Origin: Selaginella moellendorffii
Taxonomy: Eukaryota; Plantae; Lycopodiophyta
Length of the DNA stretch: 64,000 nt
Assembly (NCBI RefSeq): GCF_000143415.4
Contig: NW_003314327.1
Location: 644,775-708,774 of the forward strand
Reading direction: 5' to 3'
Part shown: piece after piece, positions 50,243 to 64,000 of the stretch
Layout of the letters: each line of letters opens with the position of its first letter
Numbering within the stretch: the stretch's first letter is position 1
The notes under the pieces: generated by a model
What the model was told of the DNA's origin: nothing
Databases searched by the model: none
What the model saw: only the letters and a program-made list of their open reading frames with translations
Translations under genes and position numbers: made by a program

Positions 50243-51470
50243 CTACTGTTGCTGCTGGTCCTGCTGATGCTGATCTTGCTCTGGTTGCTGCTGACTAAGA
50301 TTCACGGCGTACTGCTTCATGACAACAAGAGCATGAGAAGCCACCTTCATTTCTTCGATGGCTTCCAGCATTATGTCCGATCCAGTAGTTGGACCTGGAT
50401 GTAGAAAGAATCAGCGTCAAGCATGGATTTCTTTTTAGCTGGTTTACCTGTTCTTTCTGGGATCAGCTTTGCTATCGCTGCCGAGACTGGTATAACATCG
50501 ACTTCCTTGTCTGGAGCACTTTGCGGTCGTCTGGCAGCGAGTGAATGGTTTACTTCCATCTTGACGAAATCGACTCCTGGCTTACTGTTCTGCTGCATCT
50601 CCTGATTGTAGAATTGCTTACGAAGCTGAAAGAAACTTCAGCCACTAAGCCTGCCCGTGACTAGAGAGAAAAAAGCTTACCTGTTCCTGCAATTGCAAAA
50701 GAAATGGACTTAAACATCAAGCTCATCCAAAATTGCAATTTTACCATTTGGCTCGAGGGTAGACCATGGTGATCTGAGCTTGCAGAAGTCGTGGCTGTGA
50801 CTTGTGATGCTGTCGCCGAGGCCAAAGTTTGAGCAGCGACATCGAAGCCTTGATGTGAGGAAGCATCTGGAAAATAGAAACTCAATAACTTTATGCTGAA
50901 AAAATCCAGTACCTTGGGAAGATGCTGTGGCTGTTGTTGTGGTGGTCACGGTTTGAGAGGTCACGGTGGAGGTCGCAGTAGAATGACTAGCAGTAGCAGA
51001 CTCCTCTAGATCAAGAAAACACATATTAGTTTCAGTGAGAAAAGATAATTCTACTACAAACCAGGATACACTTCTCGTACCGGAGGCGAGCCAGTGAAGG
51101 AAAGACCACTTCGAATCTCATACCGTATAGCATTAAGCTGAGCCATTGCCTCTTTCAACTCTTTGTGAACCTAAGAAACCAAAAAACGATCAATACATTT
51201 TTTGTAAAGCTCTCTCGATGCTCTGCGCAATTGTGCGTTACCTCGCTCATCTGAGATTTTCCCATCACGCCATCGAATTCGCCCTTGGTAGTCTTCACAA
51301 ACCCCACAGTTCGTCCCACAAGCCTTCCCCCCATTCTGGCGTACCTGTGGATGTCCTTGGGGCCTGCAAACGATCGAAACATCACTCACAATGGATCATA
51401 CTCCGCCATTACTACCGCTCACAGCGATGAACACCCCCAGCGCCAGAGCGAGCGTCGTGTAGGACACCAT
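50243..51470 (-). CDS. Mitochondrial TatB-like twin-arginine translocase subunit, multi-exon
   Basis: The spliced product reads MVSYTTLALALGVFIAVSGPKDIHRYARMGGRLVGR...VHKELKEAMAQLNAIRYEIRS...IPVSA...GSDIMLEAI, i.e. a TM segment, GP hinge and amphipathic helix. Confidence 0.75.
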
Positions 51471-51806
51471 CCCGCGCTCGTGCGTATAAACCCTAGAACA
51501 AAGCCAACGTTCAACCCAAAACAGATCCCAGCCGTCCGAGAATAAACCGTTGGATTCTCCATTTTACGGCAGCCACAAACCGTGCGCCACGTGTCACCTA
51601 TGTCGGACGCGATCTAACGGCCAGGAACACCTTATCTCCTTATTACTGGCCAGCAGACGAGGAAATTACCCGCTAATGGGGAGAATTATTTCGGGAATTA
51701 GCGCTAATCGAAGCTCTAGCGAGGAGGAGATAGATAGCACAGTTCTAGGCTTATTTGCTGGCCTCTTTGTTGTGTGGAGAGGAAGAAGTGGCGGATTGAG
51801 GCGGCC

Positions 51807-53320
<1,514 letters not shown>

Positions 53321-53567
53321 TGGTCTTCGAGCGAGAAATTTCAAATCGAAGGAAGCATGGATGGAGATTGATAGAGCTGCTGGAGCCGGATTTTCGTTCG
53401 ATTTAGAGCCCACATTTTGACCGGAGCTCGGAAAGAAGAAGAAAGGAATTCCATCTCGCTGTGTATTTCTATGGCATCAATAAGGACGCATAAACCCTGA
53501 AGCAGGGGTTTTTGTCTACCGTACATTTTAGATCTCGTTCTTACTATTAGGGTTCTTGGGCCAGTGG

Positions 53568-55145
53568 ATGCTGAAATTTTTGAAATCGTTTCAGCTGCGT
53601 CGCCAATGCAGCAGCGTGGCTACTGTCGGATCATCGCCGACGCCTAGGGTTAAAGATGGAAGGCTGGCGATCTCAGCCAGGCTGATGCTGAGGCGATTGG
53701 AGGCGGCACCGAGCCAGCAATGCCGGCAGGATGTGCTGCGATCCAAGCTAGGTCTGATGCGCAACTGCAATTTCTGGAAGCCGCTGATCCAGACGCTGCA
53801 GAAGAAGGCCAGGAGCAAATTCCTGTGCATCGAGGTGAGTGGAGTTTCTAGGAAGAGGTCGTCGTTCTTTTTGTTTTAGTTTTTCTTTGTTAGTGAGATG
53901 TTCTTGCTCGTATTCCGGTACGCATTCCTTGATAGTTTTTCTTTTTCTTCGTGTTCTTAGAACTTTTGCTCCTGGGACTTCTTTCGGTCAGGATCATATT
54001 CTCTGTTCCTTGATAGTTTCTCTTGGGATTTCTTTCGAACTCCTGCATTCCCTTGTCAGGTTTTCGACTGGATCAGGCAAGAGTTCCCTGATGCTAGCAA
54101 GCCTCAGATATACTCAAACATGATCGCGTACGCCGGAAGCATTGGAATGCCACAGCTCGCTCACGCTTGGGTCTCCGAGATGAAGATCAAAGGAATCAAG
54201 ATGTCCACGCCGACGTACAATGCTCTGGTAAGCGTCTTCTGCCGGAGTGGAGAGATTGAAGCGGCCGAAAAGATGCTCGAGAACATGAAATGGGCCGAGT
54301 GCCCACCCAACGTCTCCACTTACAACACGATTCTAGCGGCATACGGCAGAAGCTCGGACATCGTCCAGATGGAAAAATGGCTGGAAGAACTGAGGAAAGC
54401 CGGGCTCACTCCCAACGTAGTCACTTACAACACGCTGCTCTTCTCCTACTTGAAGAAGGGAAGCCTTGCGAAGGTTGACGAGACATACAGGGAGATGCAA
54501 CTCTCTTGCAAGCCGGACGTCTTCACCTTCGGGATCTTGCTACACGGATATCAAAAGCTCAACATGGTGGAGAGGATGGAGCAGGCTTTTGCGGATCGGC
54601 AAAAGAGCGGGCTTCCAGTCGGTGCTATCGCTGCTCAACGTATGATCCGGGTTTACACCAAGAACAAGATGTTCTCCAAGATCAAAGACATAACAGCCAT
54701 CCTGGAGCAGGCTCCGAGAACCGTCTACACGACTCGTCTCAACGGAGTGATCCTGGACGCGTTTCTAAGCGCCGGTGGCTTCGACCAGGTGGAGCACGAG
54801 ATGAAGAGAGTTGTGAAGCAAGGCAGAGCTTTCATGGACCCGGAGGTGCTGGACGAGGTGGTTTCGGCGTTCTTCGAGAACTCGGCAGCCGAGAACCTGG
54901 GCGGGCTTTACAGATCCATGAAGGCGGTTTCAAGGTGGCGGATGTATGCTTCGACTTACGAGCTGCTCGTCCGGGGTTTCGCAAAGCACGGCGACGGCAA
55001 GATGGCGATGGAGGTTTCCGAAGATATGGAGATGGCGGGATGGAAGTGGTCAGTGGACACGATGCAGGTGTTATACGATGTGTTCAAGAAGGCGGGCGAT
55101 AGAGAAAAGCTGGGCCTCATCGTCGAGAAGATGGAAAAGCTGTGA
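53568..55145 (+). CDS. P-class pentatricopeptide repeat protein (exons 53568-53834 and 54060-55145)
   Basis: Repeats of about 35 aa: TYNALVSVFCRSG, PNVSTYNTILAAYGR, PNVVTYNTLL and PDVFTFGILLHGY. Confidence 0.9.
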
Positions 55146-55506
55146 GCCAATCTTTTCTCTTCTCTTTTCTCTCTCAAGGTGATGCCTGATAGACTTTGTT
55201 GTGGATTCGATGACCAAGGAGCCGCGAATTCCTCCCAGCAAGTAAATCTCATGTAAAAAAATCGAGTTTTTACGACTGTGCCCCTTTAAAGAAAGGGGCA
55301 TTAAAGCAGGGGTTGCTATTTTAGGCGGAATATCCTGGTGTCGTGGAGAAAAGATTCTCTCATTGGATCCCTTGGAGCTGGGCGGGAAATGGACCTAGCT
55401 CCAGGGCTCGATCAAGAGAAGGGGAGGAGGAGCAGTGTGATCTCGGCGCCCTACCCGTGATCAGCCGGCGGTAGGGGATCGCAGGAGCGAGAGGAGGGTT
55501 TTTGCC

Positions 55507-56196
55507 ATGGCCAAGAGGAGGAAATCGACGCCGAGGAAGCGAGGGCGACCACCAGGTAGGCGGCTTTTCTTTGAGATTGTTGGGGTGCGGTTTGATCCAT
55601 GGAGTGCGCAGCGGGCGGCGATGGCGCTGGGACGAGCAGAGCCGGCGCCCAGCAGAACAAGCCGCACGGCAAGCGCAGGTTTAAGCCCGGGACTGTGGCG
55701 TTGCGGGAGATCCGACGCTTTCAAAAGAGTTATGAGCTCCTTCTCAGGCCATTGCCATTCGCAAGAGTGGTGAGTTCTCCAAGTTCTTTTTTTTTTTCCT
55801 CTCTTTTTTGCCTCTCTAGTCTCTGACAAAGCTTTTGCGATAGGTGAGAGAGATCACGAACGTTTTCTCGTCGGAGGTATCCAGATGGACTGCCGAAGGA
55901 TTGATAGCTCTCCAAGAGGTCGAAAGAGCGTTCCTTTTCTTCTTTGTTCTTTCTTTTCGTGGTTTCTCGCTTGAAATCTTTGCTTTGTTTTGCACAGGCT
56001 GCCGAGGACTACCTTGTTCATCTCTTCGAAGACACCAACTTATGTGCCATTCACGGCAAGAGAGTCACCATAAGTAAGCATTTGAAAGAGAGAAAAGAGT
56101 TCTTTGTTTTGGAGCTGGCTGACAGTTTCTATACCAGTGCCCAAGGACTTACATTTGGCCCGTCGACTAAGAGGAGCCTCCGAACGGTTCGTTTGA
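55507..56196 (+). CDS. CENH3: Centromeric histone H3 variant, multi-exon
   Basis: Divergent N-tail and histone fold [18 protein letters not shown]...[37 protein letters not shown]...[18 protein letters not shown]. Has RWTAE in place of RFQSS. Confidence 0.9.
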
Positions 56197-56455
56197 TACT
56201 TTTTCTTTTTACGTTATCTCCTCTCTCGCGCGGCCGGTTTCCTCGTCGAGGGCCGGGTCATTGTTTGTATCCTTGGCGATTATTCCTAGGCTTTGTTCGC
56301 CGCGTCTATCTAATTCTGCCCCTCAGTGTAGCCTTTGCTTCTCAAGGGCGGCCATCAAACAGCCATGCCATCGACTCCATCAACGAAATTCTCGAGCTTC
56401 CGCTACTTCGATCCTTCAGGTCTTACTTAAAGTTTCCATTTTATCTCTAAGCTCT

Positions 56456-57619
56456 ATGGGAGCTCTCTCCAAGCTCTGGTGTCTTGGTCCGAGGCGCTGT
56501 CAGGACCGGGTTAGGCTGCTCACAATCTACAAGTTTAGAGACTTGGAGCTGGCCACTGGCAACTTTGCCGAGGAGAACTTGCTGGGACGGGGAAGCTATG
56601 GCTCGGTTTACAAGGCAGTCCTCAAGAACGGCCAGCTTGCAGCGGTGAAGCGGGCCACTTGCACCACCGCGAATCCTTCCACCAGCAAGGAGCGCTTTAT
56701 CCTCTCCCAGATCGAGTGCCCTCACGTCGTCAACTTGCTGGGCTTCTGCGAGCGCAACGACGAAGTCCTCCTGGTTGTGGAGTTCATGGCCAACGGCAGC
56801 TTGCACGACGTGCTCCACTCCAAGCTCTCGTCCTCGAGCCTCAGCTGGTCGCGCCGGGTCCGCATCGCAGTCCAGACCGCAAGGGCGCTCCACGCGCTCC
56901 ACAGCTCTACGCCGCAGATCATCCACAGGGACGTGAAGAGCTCCAACGTTTTGATCGACGCGAATTGGAACGCTCGGCTGGGGGACTTTGGCCTGGCGCT
57001 GCGAGGCGACACCAAGGACATCATGTGTACTCCGGCGGGAACGCTCGGCTACGTGGACCCGCGCTACGACAAGCCCGAGAAGGTCGGGCCCAAGATCGAC
57101 GTCTTCAGTTTTGGCGTGCTCCTCCTGGAGCTCATCTCCGGCCGCCAAGTTATCGACGACAGGATGTCTCCAGTCCGCATGGTGGACTGGGCGTTGCCGC
57201 TGATCAAGCAGGGGAGGGCTCTGGCTATCTGCGACCCGCGCGTGAGGATCCCGGAGGGAGAGGCAGCAGGGATCAAGCGGATGGCGGTGCTGGCGGCGCG
57301 GTGCGTGAGGCGGGAAAGCAAGCGGCCGTGCATGGGTGATATCGTGCTCACGCTGTGCCAGATCCAGCGCGACCGCTTCCATACTTCCAGGAGCAGCAGG
57401 AAGATGGTGATCAAGCGCGCGATACTTTCGTGTCCCAAGGACACCGGAGTGATTAGTTTTGATGAGCGATTCTCCTCGTCCTCGAAGTCGAAGTCGAAGT
57501 GGAGCTTGCAGCAGGGAGGAGACCAGCAGAAAGTGATTAAAGTGGATGTTCCGTATCGAAAGTTGGAGTTTCCACCACCCATCAATCAGCCAGTCACTCT
57601 GAGAAGTAGCCACATTTGA
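56456..57619 (+). CDS. Receptor-like cytoplasmic Ser/Thr kinase (intronless)
   Basis: MG...C acylation-like start, GRGSYGSVY, AVK, HRDVKSSN, DFG, GTLGYVDP and DVFSFG. Confidence 0.92.
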   Translation: MGALSKLWCLGPRRCQDRVRLLTIYKFRDLELATGNFAEENLLGRGSYGSVYKAVLKNGQLAAVKRATCTTANPSTSKERFILSQIECPHVVNLLGFCERNDEVLLVVEFMANGSLHDVLHSKLSSSSLSWSRRVRIAVQTARALHALHSSTPQIIHRDVKSSNVLIDANWNARLGDFGLALRGDTKDIMCTPAGTLGYVDPRYDKPEKVGPKIDVFSFGVLLLELISGRQVIDDRMSPVRMVDWALPLIKQGRALAICDPRVRIPEGEAAGIKRMAVLAARCVRRESKRPCMGDIVLTLCQIQRDRFHTSRSSRKMVIKRAILSCPKDTGVISFDERFSSSSKSKSKWSLQQGGDQQKVIKVDVPYRKLEFPPPINQPVTLRSSHI

Positions 57620-57835
57620 ATTCTCAGGAATGCCAGATTGGCTTGCAAAGAACTAAGAAAAAATTGGCCTGCAAAGAATAAAGAACTAACTATTTAGCAT
57701 GATTTATCAAAATAATGGTTAGAAGTACTTGTTTAATTTATACTTTGATTTCTGAGTTTTAGTAGAATGGAATTAGCGTCCCGATCCAAAGAACCCTTGA
57801 CACAGTGAAAATTTAGGGTTCTTGAGGGCTAGGTT

Positions 57836-57990
<155 letters not shown>

Positions 57991-58071
57991 TTTATGTATA
58001 ATCTCTATATGGATATAATGGTTTAAATAATTATTTTAGGTTTGAATTTTAACTATTTAAACTCATTAAGG

Positions 58072-58266
58072 TGTGACAGAAACAATTTATGAAGGAATAA
58101 ATTAAAGCTAATTTATTTGAGTTAGAATTTGTAAAGATTTTTTATCAATGTCATTCTCACCCTCTAAAATAACAAGAGCTTTGTCTGTAACTTTCTATTT
58201 GGCCACAATAGAAAGAAGTTGGCAATCTTAATTAGGCCACAAGATTGGTGATTACAGTGGCGAGCC
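58072..58266 (+). mobile_element. Possible short LTR (TG...CA, 58072-58256) with a tRNA-Arg-type PBS from a third family
   Basis: ...ATTACA g TGGCGAGCC. There is no second copy in the window to confirm it. Confidence 0.4.
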
Positions 58267-58339
58267 TTTGCCACCCGCGGTGTACGATCTGGATCGCGAA
58301 CGCGCGAAATCAGAGTGGCGCAGCAGAAGCGTGGTCTTG

Positions 58340-61300
58340 AAGCTTGCCATGAGGCAAGGCTGTCAAGGTTAAGGAAGTAGTTCCCGAGTGTTCAAAGAGA
58401 GGGCTTTGAACGAAAGTCGATGGTCAAGGACTTTCACACTTGTGCAAGAACCATGTTATAGTGGTCAGAGGACTTGCCAAGCGAGATTGGCAAGTCAGGG
58501 GAACAAATACCCTAGTTGAAGGTGATAACTTCAAAAAGGGTGGGCCATGGGGCCAAGCATGGAGGAGTCCATGTATGATCACAAACTTGTCAAGTGAGAG
58601 GACTTGGCAGTGCGGGGGAATTAGGTTCCTAAGTTGTGATCTGTAGCGCGCTTTAAGTATAAGTTGGTGCACCGGCGTGGGGAGTCACGCCAGGCATCTT
58701 GTGTGATGCCGTCCGTAGATGCATATACGGAGGTTGGGTTCGAGTCCCGACCCTCTAGTGCTTGGGTTCGAGTCCCAAATCACTAGGGCGTGGTGATGCT
58801 TTGGAATATGAGGACACTCATATTTCGGTGGTCATGGACTCTCAGTGTGGAGACTGGTTTGGGCACACCGCCAAGCGAGGGATGCCTCGGAGTCGTGATG
58901 CACGGTTAGATTGCTTAGTGTGAAAGCTCGGCATATCTAACTTGAACGCTTTGGTGCAAGTGGCACCAAATACGTGGTGAGTGAGATGGGGACACCTAAT
59001 CTCGGTTGCTATGAACCCTTGGCCGTAAGGGCTAGCTTGGGTGCACCGCCAAGTGTGGGGGATGCCCCCGGGGTTATAGTCAACAACTTAAAGGTCTAGA
59101 AGACCAAATACCTCTTGGCAACTCTGTTAAAGTGCCAAGGTGAGATCACTAGGTGATCTTATGGCCAAATAAGGACAAGGTCCTTGGTTGGCTAAAGAAT
59201 GAAGTTCCTGGTTCAAAATGTTGAAATTGAACTGTTTAAGGTGGTGTGGCTTGGTCATGATGACCAAGTGGGAAGAGCACCTAACGGAAATAAACTATGT
59301 TCGTGCGATGGCATAGTGAGTTCGAGGAAAGTAGTCTCTATAAGAGACCCATGGGAGGGTCACGAAGTTGGGCCGTGGATAGAGCCCATAGCAGAAGATG
59401 CTAAAGAGACGTGCTAGGGGTGAACATCCTCCGGACTTGGCAAAGAAGAGTCTTTGCTATGGAACCGAAAGGATACCTCAAAAATGGAGGTAGCGATACT
59501 ATGTTGCTGGGTGCAACAATCAAGGGTAGGAGTAAAGGACTAGTGGCCAAGTTTGGGCCATAGAATTTAATGGAAGGGATCCAAATGGCAAAGTTAGCCA
59601 AGGAACACTAATGTGTTTGATGCTAACGGTTTGTGGGAAAGGAAGTGGACTTCCAAGGATGGATTCCTAAGTGCTCCAATTTGGCGAAGTAAAAGCTCCA
59701 AGTGAGGGAGCGGCAAAGTAGCCAAAAGATAAGGCCGTGGACAGCCTTAGCACCAAAATATGATAACTGGAACTCAGTGCCCAAAGGTGGCATAAAATCG
59801 AACAGAGGATGATAGTGCCCTCAAGTGGAGAACTTCCTAGGATGAGGAAGTGGAGTTGCACAATATGTGCAATGCAAGGTGTCGGAGACACCTAGGAAAT
59901 TGACTTCGAGAAGTCAGAATTAAAAGTTCCAAGGTGCATGGATTATGTCGAGGGAAAGTGAGACCACTCGAGAACGAGTAGTGGGATCGAGTTAGAGAAG
60001 GTGACTCTAAGAGGTTTAGTGAGAACTAAACCAATAAAAAGAGAGAACCACCACAAGTGGTCAAATGAGCCTCTAAGTTGGAGAGGCTATGCTCCTTACA
60101 GGACGGACAAGGCATGGTGAGCCTTTGGTGTCAAACCATAGACAAATATTGGCTAGGTGCCAAGGATGGAAATGGTAACACGTGTGGGTGTTACTTTATG
60201 AAAGGGTTTACTGTTCGATGAGGACATCGAACTTTGTCTATGGGTGGTGGAGTTGTGAGACACAAAATCCCTAGGCCCCAAAGTGGAGCCGGAAGGGTGC
60301 CATGTGGTGGTGGCCGAAGCGAAAACCAAACGAGCGTAACACGTTTGGACTAAAAGCTCCGACTCGAAAGGTTGAGAGCAGGAGTGGAACTCCCAACAAA
60401 GGGCTCAAGGAACAAGCACGAAGCGAGCAATAAGCGAAGCTCCTAAAAGGGACCCAAAAAGGACCAACACATGACACGAGGAAGTGTCCGAGATGGACCC
60501 AAGTTCGGGTCCGAAGTGGAGTCCGAGATGGATCCGAAGTGGAGTCCGAGGTGGACCCGAGATGGAGTCCGAGATGGAGTCCGAGGTGGAGTCCGAGGTG
60601 GAGTCTGAGATGGACCCGAGATGGAGTCCGAGGTGGAGTCCGAGATGGACCCGAGATGGACCCGAAATGGAGTCCGAGATGGAGTCCGAGATGGACCCGA
60701 GATGGAGTCCGAGATGGACCCGAGATGGAGTCCGAGGTGGAGTCCGAGATGGACCCGAGATGGACCCGAGATGGAGTCTGAGATGGACCCGAGATGAAGT
60801 CCGAGGTGGAGTCCGAGATGGACCCGAGATGGACCCGAGATGGACCCGAGATGGAGTCTGAGATGGACCCGAGATGGAGTCCGAGGTGGAGTCCGAGATG
60901 GACCCGAGATGGACCCGAGATGGACCCGAAATGGAGTCCGAGATGGACCCGAGATGGAGTCCGAGATGGACACGAGATGGAGTCCGAGATGGAGTCCGAG
61001 ATGGACCCGAGATGGAGTCTGAGGTCGAGACCGAGATCGAGACCGAGACCGGAACCGAGACCGAGACCGAGATCGGGACCGAGACCGAGACCGGGGCCGA
61101 GGCCAAGACCAAGCCCAAGTCCGAGTCCGAGTCCGAGTCCGAGTCCGAGTCCGAGTCCGAGTCCGAGTCCGAGTCCGAGTTCGAGTCTGAGAGGGTGAAA
61201 GCCCAAAGCGTTCGTCTCCCAGACCCTAGGGGGTTTGGTGAGCTCCAAAAGTATAGTAGGGGGGAGGACTGCAGTGGAGCCAGTTTGGCCAGGAAAGGCC

Positions 61301-62186
61301 AGTTTGGCCCAGGAAGGCCGGACCCAGTGTTGGGTGATGAGCTGCCCACTGGGAAGTCCAAGACTAGAGTGAACACGGACCGACAAGTGGGGTAGCTTGG
61401 TGAAGTGTTCAAGAGCCGGCTCTAGTTCCCCCGGGAGATCGACTGGCCGATGCTCCCAGTCCAAGTGTGGGTGGCACTACCTACTTGGATACCTGTCGTG
61501 GCTCAACGGAACCTCGCTCTAAGCCCATGGCTAGAGCACCTAAAGGCAATAAGCAGAGAGAGTACCCATGAGGCTTGCGTAAGGCCACGGTGTTCCGAAA
61601 CGTTGTCCCGAAGGCCCAGACTGTGGAAAGGCAGAGGAGTAGTTCTCTGGTGTAGTGACTAAGGATACAGTCGTGTGGTGAGGAAGTCCCAGAGGACTGT
61701 GGGACTTAGTGGTCGGGCCTATGGGCCTTGATCCAGTGGCAGTGTTGGCGAATACGGTCATGGCCAGAAAGGGGCTTGGTAGGGATCAGAAAGGGGATAT
61801 TGGGGAGGGCTATTCCCCATGTCTGTGGGCATCTTAAGGATGCTAAGGAGTGGATCGGGGATGATCCCTCATGGACGGATGGCCCAGTCTTTGAGAGACA
61901 GGACTGTGGTGTAGGTGGTGTTAGACCACCGGTGTGACCAAGGTGAAAGGGCATGGCCTAGCGTAACGGGCTGGTATGTTGGTGGTACCTTGGAGTGCTG
62001 GTCATGGGATCGGACACGTGGAGCACTTGGACCAAGTGCTAAGGTTGAGTGGCATGGATGCCATTCTCAGGGCTAGCAGGCCCCAAGTCTTGAGTTGGAC
62101 TTATGGAGGTTGTGACTGAGACTCCTCCAAGTGGTCGGAGGTGCAGTTAAGTGACTAAAGTAAAATGGAAAAATTAGTCGCTTACA
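58340..62186 (+). mobile_element. 3' half of the family B LTR element: internal region, PPT and 3' LTR (60254-62186)
   Basis: GGGTGGTGGAGT precedes TGTGAGAC...CGCTTACA. The LTR is nearly identical to 26938-28841. Left boundary approximate. Confidence 0.85.
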
Positions 62187-63900
62187 CATACTGTCCAAAC
62201 CTTTTTCTCCTTCCCTGAGTCTGCTATTGAGGTTGTTCAGAATGTGTATCTGTTCCTCATATGTAAGCTTTGACTTTGAGATGTTGTAAATAATCTCATC
62301 TGGAGTCTTGCCCACTAAAAAATAACTTTTGTGAGTAACCTTCATGTAAACACAAACAATACGTACTTTCATGACAAGCAATCTCTATTATAATATCAAA
62401 CCACTCCTTTGGGCATCGAGGGTCAGACACACTAAATAATTTCTTTACCTTTGTCTTCTTTGTGTTGTTGATTTTCTTGTCAATTGCAGCTAAATGCTTC
62501 GAGAGTTCTTGATCATTTTCAGCTCGATGCAACTATGCATATGCATCTTGCTTAACCTTCACCAATGGCTGAAAACAACACAAACATTCTATGATAAGAA
62601 GTATACTTGGAAGAACATACCTTACTCCGCACAGCTGTCATAAAAGCCACTAGATTCTTGTACCATCTATTGGCATCCTGATGACCTCGTTGATGCCGAA
62701 TAAGTGATGCTAAATCATCACCATAATGGCTGCGGACTGCATCCTCGTCGAGATTGGCAAGAAACCGGATCTGCTCGATATCATGTATTGGGCTTTGTTT
62801 CTGCACTGCAAACTGTCCCAGCCTGCAAAACACAAATTGTTAAAAGTGATTGAAGAGGGAGAGGTACTTACGCATTAATTTTGTGGCAAGCTATCACAAG
62901 CCTTGCCACATCTAGAGATCCTCTCGCGTGTACATGTCCAACCGGAACATTAATGTGATAGACAAGATCGTCTCGGAAGCATTCTCAAATGCACTTCATC
63001 CACACGCACCAGTGATGATTCCCGTCGATAATGTAAAACATTTTCCCCACAAATTGTTAAGTCTCAGGATGGCTCATAAGCTTGATGTCAAATTCGCGGG
63101 ACTTCATTTTCCAAATGTCATCCCAATCCCTCTCGATTTCCGGTGACATCGAGAGGGTATTTGTCATTCTTGGCTTGAAGACCGAAACAAGGAACGTACC
63201 TATGTTTGTCCCAAGGCCGTTCTGTTTGTATAGACTATAGATGTCCATGTTGACAAAGTGCGGTGAAGCAGACCGAACAATGTTTGTCTGAGTGAATCGA
63301 CATAGTGGGATTTCTCGGATCATGTCTCCTAGGCCTTCCCACTTGAGAGATTCTAGAGTCGTGTGAATGGCCTTCTCTTTAGTTCTCAAAACTATCTCTT
63401 GGAAGCGCTTGTCGACAATGTGTTTAGGTAGCTCCACTTCTCTTTCAGCTTCAGCTATACCTCCAGTAGCACCATTATCAGATCTAGCCCCCGACTCGGG
63501 CCCAACACCCCTGTCAGGTGCACTTGGGCACTGCTCCGTTTGTGAATATGTTAAGAGTAGTGGAATTTGTGGTTGTGGCAGCAATGGTAGTGATAACAAT
63601 GGTTGTGCTGGTGGTGGTGATGATGGTGGCGGTGGTGGTGGTAATGGTGGTGATGATGGTGGTGGTGGGAATGGTGGTGATGACGGTGGTGGTGGTAATG
63701 GTGGTGATGACGGTGGTGGTGGTAATGGTAGTGATGACGGTGGTGGTGGTAATGGTGGTGATGAAGGTAGAGGTGGCAATGGTGGTGAAGGTGGTGGCAG
63801 TGGTAATGGTGGTGGTGGCATTGATGGCGGTGGTGGGGGTGCATGTGGACTGGAGCTATCTGGTTGCGAAGACGGTAGAGTTGTCGCTGTGGAAATTTTT
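62187..63900 (-). pseudogene. 5' half of the second ParB-methyltransferase-like gene (Pro-rich N-terminus and ParB-like domain)
   Basis: ORF 63057..63821 continues past a stop as QFVGKMFYIIDGNHHWCVW, a DGNHR-type motif. It ends LREGEKGLDS at the LTR. Confidence 0.7.
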
Positions 63901-64000
63901 ATTTAAAGGTCAACTTGATTGTCGTCCTGGATCTCATTTTCCTCATGTCTTCTCTTTGATCCAACATCCCTCTCCTTTTGTAGTTGTTTCCGTTTCTGAA

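Noticed and set aside
56447-57613. 388-aa antisense ORF (similar ones lie over GAPA, the PPR gene and the transposase)
   Set aside because: These are shadow ORFs of GC-rich coding sequence.
58680-58800. tRNA gene
   Set aside because: Only T-arm-like hairpins are present. No acceptor, D or anticodon arms are discernible.
63367-63906. Gly-rich plus-strand ORF and His-rich ORF
   Set aside because: They are alternative frames of the Pro-rich repeat. The minus frame leading into the ParB-like domain is the plausible one.

Overview
Eukaryotic plant DNA, most likely the lycophyte Selaginella (inferred from very short GT-AG introns, compact genes and TTTAGGG repeats; not confirmed). Positions 1-33 kb and 58-64 kb are nested transposons, and 34-58 kb is a gene island: CYP450 plus pseudogenes, organellar RPL4, a plastid membrane protein, a BAC1-like carrier, mitochondrial TatB, GAPA, a PPR gene, CENH3 and an RLCK kinase. 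A decayed Ty3/gypsy element (1173-23028) has three insertions in its RT domain: two solo LTRs and a 13.2 kb DNA transposon (5274-18519) with perfect 24-bp TIRs and a 4-bp TSD. That transposon encodes a Sola1-like DDD transposase and a divergent multi-exon cargo gene (ParB-like domain, N4/N6-methyltransferase-like fold, HAD phosphatase). It also carries about 20 or more copies of a 22-bp palindrome, ATGGCRTG-N6-CAYGCCAT, which I did not see outside it. This is the candidate novel system: a parS/ParB-like self-marking transposon. A second, related ParB-MTase gene can be rebuilt in frame from 63.9-62.2 kb (minus) plus 28.8-30.6 kb (plus). It was split by an LTR element and then apparently separated by an inversion of about 33 kb. 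All domain calls are by-eye motif recognition, not database searches.
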